From Callorhinchus milii (taxonomy: Eukaryota), in assembly GCF_018977255.1 (NCBI RefSeq), contig NW_024704743.1, positions 47,990,001 through 48,050,000 on the forward strand: a DNA stretch of 60,000 bases, read 5' to 3'. Of this stretch, positions 12,201-24,616 are shown piece by piece. The position numbers were made by a program, and so were the translations under genes. The notes under the pieces are model-generated. The model was given only the letters and a program-made list of their open reading frames with translations, had not been told where the DNA came from and searched no databases. Every line of letters starts with the position of its first letter. The first letter of the stretch is position 1.

Positions 12201-14751
12201 ACATTAAATACAGTGCATGCACATGGTTTGTGTTTAACATGACAGAGGTGACTGACACAAGGGAAAGGAGAAAGCACTCCAGCGTCTCCTTATACGTAGA
12301 AGAAAATGAACTATGGATAAAACACAAAAGTCTAGCTAGGAATGACGTTGTTTACAAAATTGAGATCAAAGAATGACAGATTCCCATGTGCCTGGAGTGA
12401 AAAGGAATGACGTAGTAGCCAGGTAGGGATGCACCGGATTGGGACATGGACAAGGAAAGAGTTAATAAAGATAAAATGTAGTACAAAGGACAATAGGAGA
12501 TGGGAAAGACAGTCTCATCCAAAGACACGCATGAACACACACATTCATATACGTCTGTACATGCACACAAGCAGGGAGAAGGTAAACGAAGGGGCACAGT
12601 TACATTGTCAGTGTGGGACTGGTACAAAACAAAGGGTTCAAGCACATTAAAAAAATAAATTGGGAGGTTTGCAGCACTTGCTGTGATTTTTGCTCTCGTT
12701 TCCTTTCACCATACGCACAAATGTTTCTGTAGTACAGACTACACTAATGCTACAGAGCAAAGGCGTTACGCTTGAAATTCATTCTCCCCTCACTTTAAAT
12801 CAAATATAATTGAACAACTTCATAAATCAACGAAATGTATAACGTTTAACGCATTTGTCAGTTGCATGGCGTAACATACGATATTGCTTCACCTGACTGG
12901 TGTAAGCTGTTGAAACAATACCAATAACATTTCATTGCATCGTAAAGTGCTGTAGATCACGAATACATATAAGCCAGTAATTATTTTGCACCATTTTTCA
13001 CTGAACGTTTAATCCAAACTTTGCTTCGACTCGCGTAAGAGTTGAGAATTTACGCTTCGCAAGCGAACCGAACTAAATTCTTGTTCAATTCTGTTCGCTT
13101 GCTTAAATGGAACATTATTCTAAGCATATGCACCGTAATCAGCTTGGTCACACTTACAAGAACAAGCGTTAATAAGGCAATCAATCAAAGCAAAACAATC
13201 AGGCGCTTCTGTTTGAGCCACAATTCGCGGATGGAGCCAGGAGCCGAGCATGACATATGATGATCGGATGATTCTGAGGCAATACTGGATACATTCCACC
13301 CGCAAAGATATATTGTTCCTTTTTTTTATGAAACTTCAATTTAGACAGAGAGTGGTTCAATTACCCTGCAAACACAGTCAATTAAAGAATGTTGATTGGA
13401 CGGGAGGATGGATCATCGATCTTTGCATTTCAGTATCACTTTCAGACATCTAATTTTGCTTTTCCTATTAGCTGTTAACTCGAAAGAAAATATGGCCCGT
13501 GTTACAGCAACCGAGCGACCATTTGAATGTCAGAAACAATTCTAGTTCCACAATCACAAAACGTAGGTTTTACAAAATAATTTCTGGGCCATTTGAAGCC
13601 TGCCGGCGAAATTAACCCACAGATGATCTTCCTTCTTTCTCAGTGTATCTGTTTAACATGTTTTATTGTTTTATCCTGAGATAAGTTTTAGAAAACGATA
13701 AAAGACACAAAAAGACAAACACAAACTAGTTTCCAATCCCCTACAAAGTAAACGATTCTCGTACAGATAGGTTTAATGGTTGAAAGAAACGATGGAACTA
13801 CAGTGAGTTGAACTGGTTTATTTTTTTCTTCTTCCTGATTACATTAAAACGTCAAACAACTGGGAAATAAAGAGGGAAACGAAAGAAAAAAATAACAGAT
13901 TGTGTGATTGCTAACGCTTCTATTCTGTTACATTAAAGTCACGGTGATAAAGAGTCACCGCATTTTTTATAACCACACTTTAAAAATAAATTAAGAGCCA
14001 TTCAGCCACTGGTACAATCAAGATCAATGCAATTTCGAATTGCACATTTTCGTTTGTAATTTAAATAACAATATAAATAATCCGATTTTGCCGCGATGTA
14101 ACCATTACACAGACAGGCGAATTTAAATGGACTAATTTAGTAGCACAATGGTTGGATGGCCTACAAAATTAGGTTGAGATTTCCTTTTGTTTGTAACTAC
14201 ACCTGCACATTGATCATGTTGTGAAAATAACTTGAACATATATTGGAGCACTGTCCCCGTGTGGCAGTGACAGTCGTCATAGATCGAACGATTCAATTTG
14301 TTTAATCACCAGAAGCCAATCATTCCTGTTCTGTTACAGAATTATTAGGAAAAAATTAGATGTTAAACCAAGAGTGAATAAAAATGAGAAACAAAATGCC
14401 CAATGTTCTAGATATTCGGCATACAATGCAGACGACTGGACATTTAAAACCGATTCCATACTTATTAATCAAATGGGCATTTTTTTTACATTTTCAAACA
14501 ATTATTAAATATATTGTTTGTCGTTTGTAAAAGATTTGATTTAAACCCATAATGTAAACTAAACCAGTTTCAATAAACAGCGAACGAAACATAAGAAATA
14601 AATGGCCGTTTTTAAAAACAGCCAATGTAGTTTGGAATTATCCGTTTTTACTGTAAGGTGGGGTTCAGTTAAAAATTGAAAATGTGAAAGCAAATTTGGA
14701 CTGTAAACACTATTCATAAAACAAACACAGATACAAAGATCCTTGCAACTC

Positions 14752-14757
14752 TTTATT
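14752..14757 (-). other. Candidate Evx1 polyadenylation signal AATAAA (another at 14911-14906)
   Basis: TTTATT on the plus strand 0.5-0.7 kb downstream of the stop codon; usage cannot be determined from sequence. Confidence 0.3.
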
Positions 14758-15416
14758 TTCAAATTCCACAGCACGTCTGCCACAGGCAACTTTCAGAATT
14801 TAAAAACGTGAAGACATCTGTTTATGGAAAGGTGAGTTCAATTGGTATTACTTGTCATACTTATTTTGTCCCAACAAAAATCCCCTTAAAGGACCCAAAT
14901 ATTCCTTTATTTGTAGTTTTGAGAACAGCTCTGTTCCCAACGGTGAGGTCAGTCACTTTCATCAGTGCAAACCAACCAACCAATATATTTTGGAAGTTAC
15001 TACAGTAAGGAAAGAAACGTATTCGATCTAATCAGTTTCCAAACAGGATTCTTTAGAGGAGTTGCTCAGTTCCCCATCACATGATCCTTTCCTCAGTGGC
15101 ATGTTTAAGTTTGGCACCAGGCTTCTATAATGAAGATATCATACATATACTATTAAAACCTCAACGATACAGATACACGACTAGAACGTTCTCATCAGCA
15201 TATGACACATTTGGTAGGAAACCAAGGAAAACGAATCAAATCCACTCTACAGGGAAAAGTGAGATGTTGTCCTGCAGGAATACAGTGTAATGGAGTGTTG
15301 GAGCAAGGACTAGTTATCCAGATACCCGGCATTTCCGCTAGTGTTCAAACCTTTCTTTTTTAAGAAAATCGTGTGCACTTTTGAAGTTAGATGTTTTCGC
15401 ATGCTTCCAGGTTGAT

Positions 15417-15950
15417 TCATCTTGTTAAAGGAACTTCTTCTCTCTGGTCCAGAGAAACGGCAGCAGCTTTACTCAACACAGAAGGTGTAAATGTGAGGAA
15501 AGTGTCAGTTCTGGAGCTTGAAGCACACGTGAAGTCCGTCCCTGCAGCTCGCTGTGCCACTCCGTTGGATTGGCTACTGTGGCAAGTTAGACACGAGCAA
15601 GGACTACTCCCGGCGCTGCCAAGTCCATGGGTAGCGGCAGAAGGATAGAGAGACGGGTGTCTGAATGCACACAGCAATTCTGGCCGTGGGTAGGGGTGGG
15701 AGAGGACTCTGAAGGTGTCGAGAGGTCTCAAAGGGGTAGTGAAAGGGCTAGCGGCTGAGGCTGAGGCTGCAGACATGCCCATGTGTGGGTAGTAGTGGAG
15801 AGGTACATGTGATGGGAAGGGGTAGGGCAGGTTACCAGCGGCCGCCGCATGGCTCATCATGTAGGTGTAAAAGGTAGGATCGGCCGGATGTGGCCAGGTC
15901 ATCGCTAAACGCTGTCTCTTGTCTTTCATTCTGCGATTCTGAAACCAGAC
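15417..15950 (-). CDS. evx1: Evx1 coding exon 3 (534 nt including TGA)
   Basis: Acceptor TTCTTTTAAG|, then [25 protein letters not shown]...[28 protein letters not shown] and the [10 protein letters not shown] ending identify Evx1 rather than Evx2. Spliced CDS is 1152 nt = 383 aa + stop. Confidence 0.97.
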   Translation of the reverse strand, partial: VWFQNRRMKDKRQRLAMTWPHPADPTFYTYMMSHAAAAGNLPYPFPSHVPLHYYPHMGMSAASASAASPFTTPLRPLDTFRVLSHPYPRPELLCAFRHPSLYPSAATHGLGSAGSSPCSCLTCHSSQSNGVAQRAAGTDFTCASSSRTDTFLTFTPSVLSKAAAVSLDQREEVPLTR

Positions 15951-17354
15951 CTTAAAAGAAGAAAAACACATAAATATGCAACGCGGGGAAAAATCCCTAC
16001 ATGCGTTGAACGAAGCTTGAAAATTGACTGCACACAAACGTGTGTATTGCCTCGCGCTCCATTATTTTTTCAAAAAGTGTAACTTTATTTAAACACTTTC
16101 CCAATTTCCCAAGAATATTTATATCAAATTGGGAGGTCAAACCTCCACTACGTTTGATGCCCTCTTACATATTGGATGAAGAACACCGCTTCACGAATAT
16201 ATTTTACAGCCTAAATGATCAAAAATCTTTTGAATGATGCTGTACTTATTTTTGACTTGAAAACACGCACTTCTATGCCTTTTCTTTTGCCAGTTTGTGA
16301 CTGTTGCGTGCGTTTATTTTAAATTGATTCAAAATTCATGGCAAGGTTCAAAACAAATCAATAAAATAAATGGAAGTCAAATAAGATGTCAGGCAAACAA
16401 CAGGAATCAGCCGCCATCTTAGTACTTTTTACATATAAATATATTGCTTCCTGTATTGAAACTTTTAAGTTAAAACGGGGAGAGCTAAAACATATATAAG
16501 CAATCGGCCTTGCGGATGGATAGTTGGAATAGGGGCCTGATGAGCCCCTCACACATACTGGGACAGGTTTGCTTAGCAACCCATTGAGGGCTGCTGGGTT
16601 GCACCTTGCAGTGAACTGTGTGCTTCACCCTCCCTCAAGAATAATAATCCACATAACTTGAGTTAAAATGAAAAGGAAATACAGTCGCCAATGAAGACGA
16701 TTTCTTTCACTATCTTATAAATCCATCCCAAATATATAACAAGGTTTTTTTAAAAAAAACTCTTTGAAAATGTAGTACATGGTGCTACAATTTGTCTTGC
16801 ATGAATGTTATTGAATATTCAATTATTTTATGTAGATTATTTTTTATAAAAAGACTGCTTCAAGCAACAGACAACATATCAAAACATTCCGTATGGTAGT
16901 ATAATAAAGATTGCTAATTAATTCAGAATTCCTGTAACTGGGACAATAGTTCAAAGATATTCACCAGAATCAGAGCAAAGTCTAGCAGTGAAGAAAAACC
17001 ATTCGCCCCTTTTACTTTAAAGCAGTCTAAATCTGTTTCTTTGTCATTTGTTTCACCTTTGCATATTTCGTTATGTATTTATTTTGGAAGCAAGTGTTCA
17101 AATGTATAAATCATTCTAAACGCGGATATGTGTGTATTGGACTTATAGCTCCTTCTAACCAGCCTTCATTTTGCTGTTATATTGAAACAGAAAACTGTCG
17201 TCAAACCTTTTCATGTAATTCCATAGTCCGTTGCTGTCTTATGTCGATCATATTATTTCGAAATCACTTCTAACAGCAGTTATTTTCACAAATATTTTGC
17301 TTTATTGTTTACGCTTTATTTCAGCACCCTTCCCCTCTCCCGGACCCCATTCAC

Positions 17355-17587
17355 CTTGATGGTGGTTTCTGGCAAATTTAAAGCCGCTGCCAGCTCGCAT
17401 CTCCTGGGCCTGGAGACATAGTTTTCCCGGTAGAATTCCTTTTCCAGCCTGGCAATCTGTTCCCTGGTGAAAGCAGTCCGGTACCGCCGCATCTGATCGG
17501 CTCCTCCACCGCCCAGCAAACTCTGAGAACCGGCCACTTTGGGAAGCTCACCCCCGCCGTTACTGCCCATTGGATCAGCAGAGTGCC
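17355..17587 (-). CDS. evx1: Evx1 coding exon 2 (233 nt), homeodomain residues 1-46
   Basis: Acceptor TTGCAG| at 17589-17588. Encodes ...[48 protein letters not shown], then the donor |GTGAAT. Phases fit both neighbouring exons. Confidence 0.97.
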
Positions 17588-18744
17588 CTGCAACAACACA
17601 CATGTCAACAGTGTTTCCAAATCACTCAGTTACCAGCACCTAAAGTAAGATCATTGCTCATCATAAAAACTCCGCACAAAATGCCCCCCCCCCCCCTCCC
17701 ATGAATGATATACACCCGTTACTTAAATCATTAATAACAGTTTTCGTAACTCTCGCAAAGCGATTGTAATGTTTCTCCTTTAATATTTTAACGACTGGAT
17801 GAATTCGAAAGAGTCCGACCCAATTTTCAAACGACAGTAGTTCAAATACTTTATAGCTACGTACCAATCAACATCTATGTCCTGTGTAAAGAAGCAGCCT
17901 ATTTAGTGGTAAGAATGCCTTTGTAGTTCAATTGCCCTTTTTGGGGTTTTGAGCACTGCATGAACAGGATTCCTTGCAACACAATTAACTCGTGGATTTG
18001 AAGTGGAACAAACTGGTTGAGCAAAGTGTGTTGGTTAATTCCGAGCTCATTTGAAATGGACTCCCCTCTCTTGTCTCTCTTTTCTCCGGGTTTGAATGTG
18101 ACTATAAAAGTGAATGCCGGCCAGTGGCTTGCCTGCAGGCTTTCATATGCGCTGCGTCTTATTGAACCTCATCTCTAGACACCTATTTCCGAGCTGGCGC
18201 CGACAAGATCCTCGGAAAGTGACAATTTGGAAGATTCGTAAGGTGTTAACTCCTCAGAACCTGCCATTCAATAACCATCTCGTCTCTTCCAAGAAACGGA
18301 ACCCGTGTCTTGCTTTTCAAATCTGTGCCTTTAATCTCTCGCTTACGCATCTGACACTTTTATTCGGGTAAATAGTCAACATCAACCAATAACTGTATTG
18401 AAATAAAACGCGAACAACGAAATTAAACCAGTCAACTACCCTCACATATTAGGCTTATTTTACACCGACAACATGAATCGAAATTGTACCAGCGTTATAT
18501 TTATTCTTGTCCGAAAAAATAGACCATTGAAGCATTTCTGTCATAAGACTCGAATAAATCAGTCCTGTGGGTAAATCGATTACATTTTAAATAGGTATGT
18601 TCAATCCATTTAAATGTGTTGCTGGAAATCACTGGATGATATTTACATTTGAAAACTTAAAAATCAACGAAAGTGTATATATATACAAATTACACTGAAA
18701 ACATCAGATATAGAGATATATTGCAACAGAAATGTGACCATTAC

Positions 18745-19129
18745 CTTTGTTTCCTTGGTAATCGTGGCAGTCTGGAGTGCAACTAACATCTATCTCATCA
18801 TAATAATCTGACTCTGTTTCCGGGCTGTTTTGCACAGAAAGAGATTTGCTTTTGGCCGGGCCATCGGACGAAGCCTTGTCGGGGGCAGAGTGCCCTGAGC
18901 CCGGTCTTATCTGAGTGCCAGCATCGGTCCTCGAATCAGTCTCCTCATCTCCGCTTTCCAGCGTCATCGGCGCCGACCCAGGACTCGAGCAACTCCTGTG
19001 GACCACGTTTTCATGGGATTCGGTGCCTGGGATTCCAGCTGGTTCTGACAAATTCGCCACCCTCCTGCCAACAGGATTGCCATGCTGACCTCGCTCTATT
19101 ATCAGCAGCATCTCTTTCCTCGATTCCAT
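18745..19129 (-). CDS. evx1: Even-skipped homeobox 1, coding exon 1 (385 nt, phase-1 donor)
   Basis: ATG at 19129-19127 begins MESRKEMLLIIERGQHGNPVGRRVANLSE...ETESDYYDEIDVSCTPDC, matching the vertebrate EVX1 N-terminus (MESRKDM...RVSNLSE...TESDFYEEIEVSCTPDC, from memory). GT donor (AAAG|GTAATG) at 18744-18743. Confidence 0.95.
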
Positions 19130-19440
19130 TGTGTACGGATCTGAGATCAAATCAGAGCGAGCAGAGGAGCACAGGCAAGAGGACACAGTTCAAGGGAACA
19201 CAAGGTAAAACACTGAGATGCGATGATGACCTTCTGATGTTAGCGCTCCACTCGGAAGCACTGTAGGTCTGGGAGGGATCACCATTGCCTGGTCTTTCTA
19301 ATCTGTCATTCTTAATGTCGTAATCGTCATTACAGTGCCTGGGTGACGCCAACGAAGTGATTGCCACCGGTTTACAAGTAGATAACGCCTGCCACCGTGA
19401 AGATGAAAGCAGCTCCAGCCTCTCGCTGATGTACACGCGT
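19130..19440 (-). promoter_or_regulatory. Evx1 5' leader with upstream AUGs
   Basis: Minus strand CTTTCATCTTCACGGTGGCAG...GGCGTCACC...CTGTAATGACGATT...ATGACAGATTAGAAAGA...GGCAATGG resembles the mammalian EVX1 5' UTR as I remember it. uAUGs at 19330, 19309 and 19285. Confidence 0.6.
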
Positions 19441-19444
19441 AAGT

Positions 19445-19466
19445 AGAGAGAGAGAGAGAGAGAGAG
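19445..19466 (+). repeat. (AG)11 microsatellite at the Evx1 promoter/leader
   Basis: Perfect dinucleotide run next to the leader sequence. Confidence 0.95.
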
Positions 19467-21464
19467 GAAGTGCGAAACGTCTCAAACAGCTCCCACAAAT
19501 GAGAGACTCCACAACAGCACAGCATCTCAAGGGAGATGGGGAACAAGAGCATCGTCAACTTTCTTTTATCACTCGATTGTATTATAAATAACGAAGCAAA
19601 ACAGCCCCTGGATTGCAATCATCGTGACACTCTCCAGTCATTGATCTTGCAATGATTCGAAATTGGGTTCATTCTGTTACTGTTCATATATAAATATTAC
19701 CAGCATCGCACTGTTTCAATAATACATTTCCACTGTCAGTTTTTCTTCATATTAAAAAACAAATCCCGATGCTGCATTTCCTTCATATTAAGGGAGGAAT
19801 TTGTGTGCACGTTTTACACGAAGGTTTTTGTTTTTAGCTTTGTTGATATTGCTCCGACGTAAAATTGTCGTGACCGAATTAACATCAGAGGAGAAATTAT
19901 TACAATCTTAACAATTCGCGGTTTCATATATAGGATATAATTATCATGTAAGTATTTAAAATGCACTGTTTTGCATCCTCCAGATATAGAAACTGAAGAA
20001 ATTACACTTCTCAGGACTCATCTCATCCATACATTAATTGGATTCTTACCATCAGCTCATGTGAAACAATGAGTATTATTTATGCTTTAAATAAAATATA
20101 TATATTGAATTGCATTTATTTTCAACACATAAGAGTATCAGTTTTACAGTTTAAGATTTCGCTCTGTATCTCGCCTACCATTAATTCTGTGAACCAAATT
20201 AATTAGATAGGTTTAATGTTTCAGCACATATTTTAAAATTACGTTGATGCTCACTTGAGCTCTGTTAATCGATGACACTCGAGTTACGTGAATCACACAT
20301 GTACCACGCATTTTAAAATATCATTTCGATCTCTATTGCGAAACACAATGTTCCATAAATATATTAGTTGTCTCATATTTTTGTTCCTTTTACGCTTAAT
20401 AATTTACGTCGCCGAAAATAATTGATTATTGCTTCTTTTTGTATCCTATTTTGTAACTTGTTAATGCAACAGTAAAATAGGAACCTCGAATCGCTCTTAA
20501 GCTTTAACAACAGTATCTCAATTTAACAGGTCATTTTAACTACTTAATTGGTTTGAATGGTTTCAACAAGAAGCACTCGACTTGAAAATTTAAACAAATT
20601 ATTATTAGTCAAAATTGTTTACATGTTCAGAGTTTAGAGAGTGACCACGCGTTAAAGGGTTGTCATGGTGCTTATTGGAGATTAAGCAGAACACATTAGC
20701 GAGGCAGGTCGCTGCTGGCCAAGTGAGGGCAGAACACAGTGTAAGACGGTACTGGAGAGAAGCATCAACCAGGCGTGGGTCACATCCTCAACATGCCTCT
20801 CTCTTCGCCTTGCTTAAATCGAAGGAAAATATTTTACTCAATAAATGGATTGAAATATAAACACCATTTCGCGCAATTGGCGAGGGCGTTACTTGTATTA
20901 GCAGCAAAACAAGCAAGTGACCTGGGTCTCACTCTCAAAAGTAACGCGTGCAAACGGACTTGTCACTGAAGTGAATACAAGTCATGGGTCCTTTATGTTC
21001 CATCGAGACGGTGCTATGCTTTGCAGGAAAATTGTTCCCTTCCTGCTTCAGAATTGGTTCAAATCGACTCTACAATGTTGGTTCTTCTGGTTCAGTGAGT
21101 AAATGCACTACTAAAGCACTCTTGATCGTGAACCAGTAGCCCTCGCTAAAAGGTATGTGCGTAGGGGGGCATCCTGTTGGAAATTGGACTTATCTGCGAG
21201 GGTTCAAAGACCAGACAAATTGTCCTCGCTTCCTGTCTAGGCTCGCAGCTAAATAATGGTCAACTGGTACCAGTATGTTTTGGTCATGCAGAAACCATTT
21301 TAATAGTATCCATATCAGATTTAGAGTTCCATGCATGCCAGCTGCACATTGTTGTTTGTTTCATCTACAACATACAGTCACTGCAGTTTACAGTATATCC
21401 TGTTAAGCGTTTTGAGACGTCCTCCTGCCATGAAAGGCACTATACCATGTAAGAATTAGACTCC

Positions 21465-22067
21465 ATGCATGAGGACCTGGATTAAGCAGCTAGTGCTGAA
21501 TAAGCCTGGTACCTGGCATTGGACTTGGACCTGGTGAATAAGGTAGCTGGCATCTCACAAGCTGTCCTGTAAAGGTACTCCCACCACTTTGAAGGCGATA
21601 TCCACTGGATAGCTAATGAGGAAACTCTGAGGCTTGGGTGACAGCTGCTGGAAGGCGTTACCTGGAGTCTGCATTTGCGAACACACGTTCGTACGTCTAG
21701 AGCCTGGAATCCATCTTGATTGGCTTGCAGAGTGGCAACAGTTGCTGTTTAAACTGTGCACCTTCAATTGTTGGAACCATCACTCAACAGAAATGGATGT
21801 GTGCCCAAGCTGCTGACAGGAAGACGGTGGCAATGTCCTCACACATTTCATACTGTGTTGCTTACCGGGAAGCTTGCACGGAGTTTCTGGTACTGATCGT
21901 CCACCCAGTGAGGGCTCAAACCTGCACTTGGCAGATATCAAGTGACCAACTAGTGACTATTCACCTGGAAGGGGTGGGGGGTTAGTGTGGGGACGTAAGT
22001 GGGGTCTCCTGAAGCTGGACTGGCATGTTTGGCAATGGAATGTTGGAATTGAACTCCTCTTCGACAG
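21465..22067 (+). repeat. Unclassified interspersed repeat, copy A left part (continues at ~25746-25900)
   Basis: Reverse-complement similarity to 48970-49910 and 39680-39790, e.g. CATGAGGACCTGG vs CCAGGTCCTCATG and GTGAGGGCTCAAACCT vs AGGTTTGAGCCCTCAC. Confidence 0.75.
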
Positions 22068-24616
22068 AGGCCACACCACCCGGCTACAGGCTTCCATGAT
22101 ACTCCACGACCTAACCGTGGTGGTGTGGCTCTCATCTCCCAGTCCCTGCTCAGCCTATCCACTTACTCCTCTGGAAACTTCCCCTCCTTTGAGCATTTTA
22201 CCCTTTATCACCCTTCAAACTTTCCATCAAAATTCTCCTTATCTATCCCCCCCCCCCCACAGCTCTCCCCCACCTTCCTCCCCGTCATCTCCACCCTCCT
22301 ATCTTCCCTCTCCCTTTGCTCCGCACACGGGGCCTCACCATCTCGGATCTCCCATCATTGCCAAAGTGATCTTGGACCATCACTTCATCTCTCTTCACTC
22401 CTCAATCCCTCTCCCCACTGCTACCAAACCCACCTCCATCTCCTACCGCCCGGAAAAAATCTCCTCCCCCGCTGCCTTGGAGTCATCTGAACTCTGGGTT
22501 TCACCCCATAATGACTTATTCTCATTATCCTCCTCAGTCACTCTTCTCCACCGCTCCTTCTCCACCACTCGCGTTTCCCTTGCTCCCCTCACTTCCCGAA
22601 CCGTCTCCTACTCACAAAAGTCATCATAGTACACCAGCCACCTTGGCTCCTTTAAAGTAGAGGTGAGTGCCACTGAACACACTTGGCTTAAATCGAACTT
22701 AACGGTCCATCGGCAGATCTGGCTGGACTTTATCAAAACTTATCACTCTGCCCTTGCCTCTGCTAAATCGTTGTTCTTCTCCAAGACAATCTTGGAGGTC
22801 AAGGACAACCCCAGGCTCCTCTTCTCCATCACCAACCAACCCCTCCACCCACCCTCTCATGCCTCATTTATCCTCACCTCCAACGCCAACTGTGAGGCGG
22901 TGCTGGACATCCTCAAATCCAAAGTTGAGGGGATCTTTTCAGCTGCCTCTGCCCTTTCGTCTACTACACCCTCCACATCTCCCCCTCACAACCCGGCCAC
23001 TACCCATCCCTCTCTCCACACCTTTGAACCTGTCTCCCACTCCTCTCTCACCACAACTTGCATGAAACTGACCACCTGCTCCCTTACCCCCCATCCCTAC
23101 CCCTCTCCTTACCATCCAGCTCCACCTCCTTGCCCTTCTACTCACAGACATCATTAACCTCTTTCTGTCCATTGGTACCATTTCCATCCCCTTAAAAATA
23201 GCTGGCATCACTCCTATCCTTAAAAAACCCTCTCTGGACCCATTCCTGCTCTCAAACTACTGCCCCCATTTCCAACCTCCCTTTCCTCTCCAAGGTCCTG
23301 GAATGAGATGTTGCTTCCCAGCTTCACTCCTTCCTCTACCACCACTCCCTTCATGAACCCCTCCAAGCAGGTTTCCATGCCACCTGCAGCACAGAAACAG
23401 CCCTGTTCAAAGTGCCAAATGACTTTCTGTCCATCTGCAACCAGGGCACCCTCTGTCTCCTCATCCTCCTTGACCTCTCTGCTGCCTTTGACCACATTGA
23501 TCACTCTATCCTCATCCATCATTTCTCCTCTCACCTCAACCTTCACGGTTCTATATGCTCTATATGCTCCCCCTTGGTGACATCATCCGCAGACATGGAG
23601 TTAACTTCCACATGTATGCGGATGACACCCAACTCTACCTTTCCTCCTCTACTCTCAACTCCACGACCACCGATGTCCTGACAGCCTGCCTGTCCGACAT
23701 CGAGTCCTGGACGAGAGACAACTTTCTTCAGCTCAACGTGCGAAAAACCGAGGCCCTCCGGATTGGCGCACGTCAGCGCCTCCGCACCTCAGGCGCTGAC
23801 ACCATCAGCATCCAAGGCTGCACTCTCCACCTCTCAAAGCCAGTCAGGAACCTCGGCGTTTTGTTCGACCCTGAGCTGTCCTTTTTCCCTCACATCCGCA
23901 CTACAACTGGCACCGCCTTCCATCACCCTCGGAACATCGCCAGACTACGGCACTACCTCACCCCTCATGCTGCTGAAACCCTGGTCCACGCCTTTGTCAC
24001 CTCAAGGCTGGACTATGGGAACTCTCTCCTCGTCGGCCTTCCCGCCACCTCCCTCCACAAGCTGCAGGTCATTCAGAACTCTGCAGCTCGTGTACTGTCC
24101 CGCACCAGGCTTCGGGAACACATCACTCCCACCCTCGCTCGCCTCCACTGGCTCCCCATCCCCAGAGGATTGATTTCAAGATCCTCATCCTCACCTACAA
24201 GGCCATTCACGGCCTTGCTCCCTCCTACCTCTCCAACCTACTATCCCCCTACCTACCTGCCCGTACCCTCCGTTCCTCTGGCTCTGGTCTGCTCCACGTC
24301 CCCCGCCCCAACCGCCCTACCATCGGTGGTCGGGCCTTCAGCCTCTCAGCCCCCAGGCTCTGGAACTCCATCCCCCAGTGCCTTCGCCTTGCTTCCTCCC
24401 TCTCCTCCTTCAAGGCCGGTCTGAAAACCTTTCTCTTTGACCGTGCCTTCAGCTCCCCTCTCGACTCTCTTCCCCCTCCTCGCTCCCTCCCTTCCCTCCC
24501 CTCACCCTGACCATTTCCCCCCTGCTCGGGTCATGACCCAACTGTGCAGCGCCTTGGGACGTCCTCCTGACGTGAAAGGCGCTTTATAAATGGAATCTTG
24601 TTGTTGTTGTTGTTGT
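22068..24616 (+). mobile_element. L2-clade LINE, ~2.5 kb, disrupted ORF2 with reverse transcriptase remnant
   Basis: [50 protein letters not shown]; ends GTGAAAGGCGCTTTATAAATGGAATC(TTG)n. Confidence 0.95.

Noticed and set aside
13059..13102. 10-bp inverted repeat GCAAGCGAAC...GTTCGCTTGC as a pre-miRNA or terminator
   Set aside because: The stem is short and matches no miRNA I recognise; intrinsic terminators do not apply to this vertebrate locus.
14250..14270. Possible CTCF sites (here and at ~52985-53000)
   Set aside because: Several mismatches to the core consensus; needs a PWM scan or ChIP data.
15951..16037. N-terminal extensions of track ORFs (also 17588-17603, 18704-18744 and 19130-19186) as coding sequence
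   Set aside because: They lie in introns or UTR beyond canonical splice sites or upstream of the conserved ATG.
15417..19129. Calling the gene Evx2 (HoxD-linked)
   Set aside because: The N-terminus MESRKEM, AMTWPHP and the C-terminal [10 protein letters not shown] match Evx1, and the long His/Ala-rich Evx2 features are absent.
21985..23211. Pro/Ser-rich ORFs of 100-214 aa
   Set aside because: Alternative frames of the C-rich L2 element.
23555..24424. 289-aa ORF with a YADD motif as a host gene or novel reverse-transcriptase system
   Set aside because: It is a frameshifted fragment of L2 LINE ORF2, with several related copies in the window.
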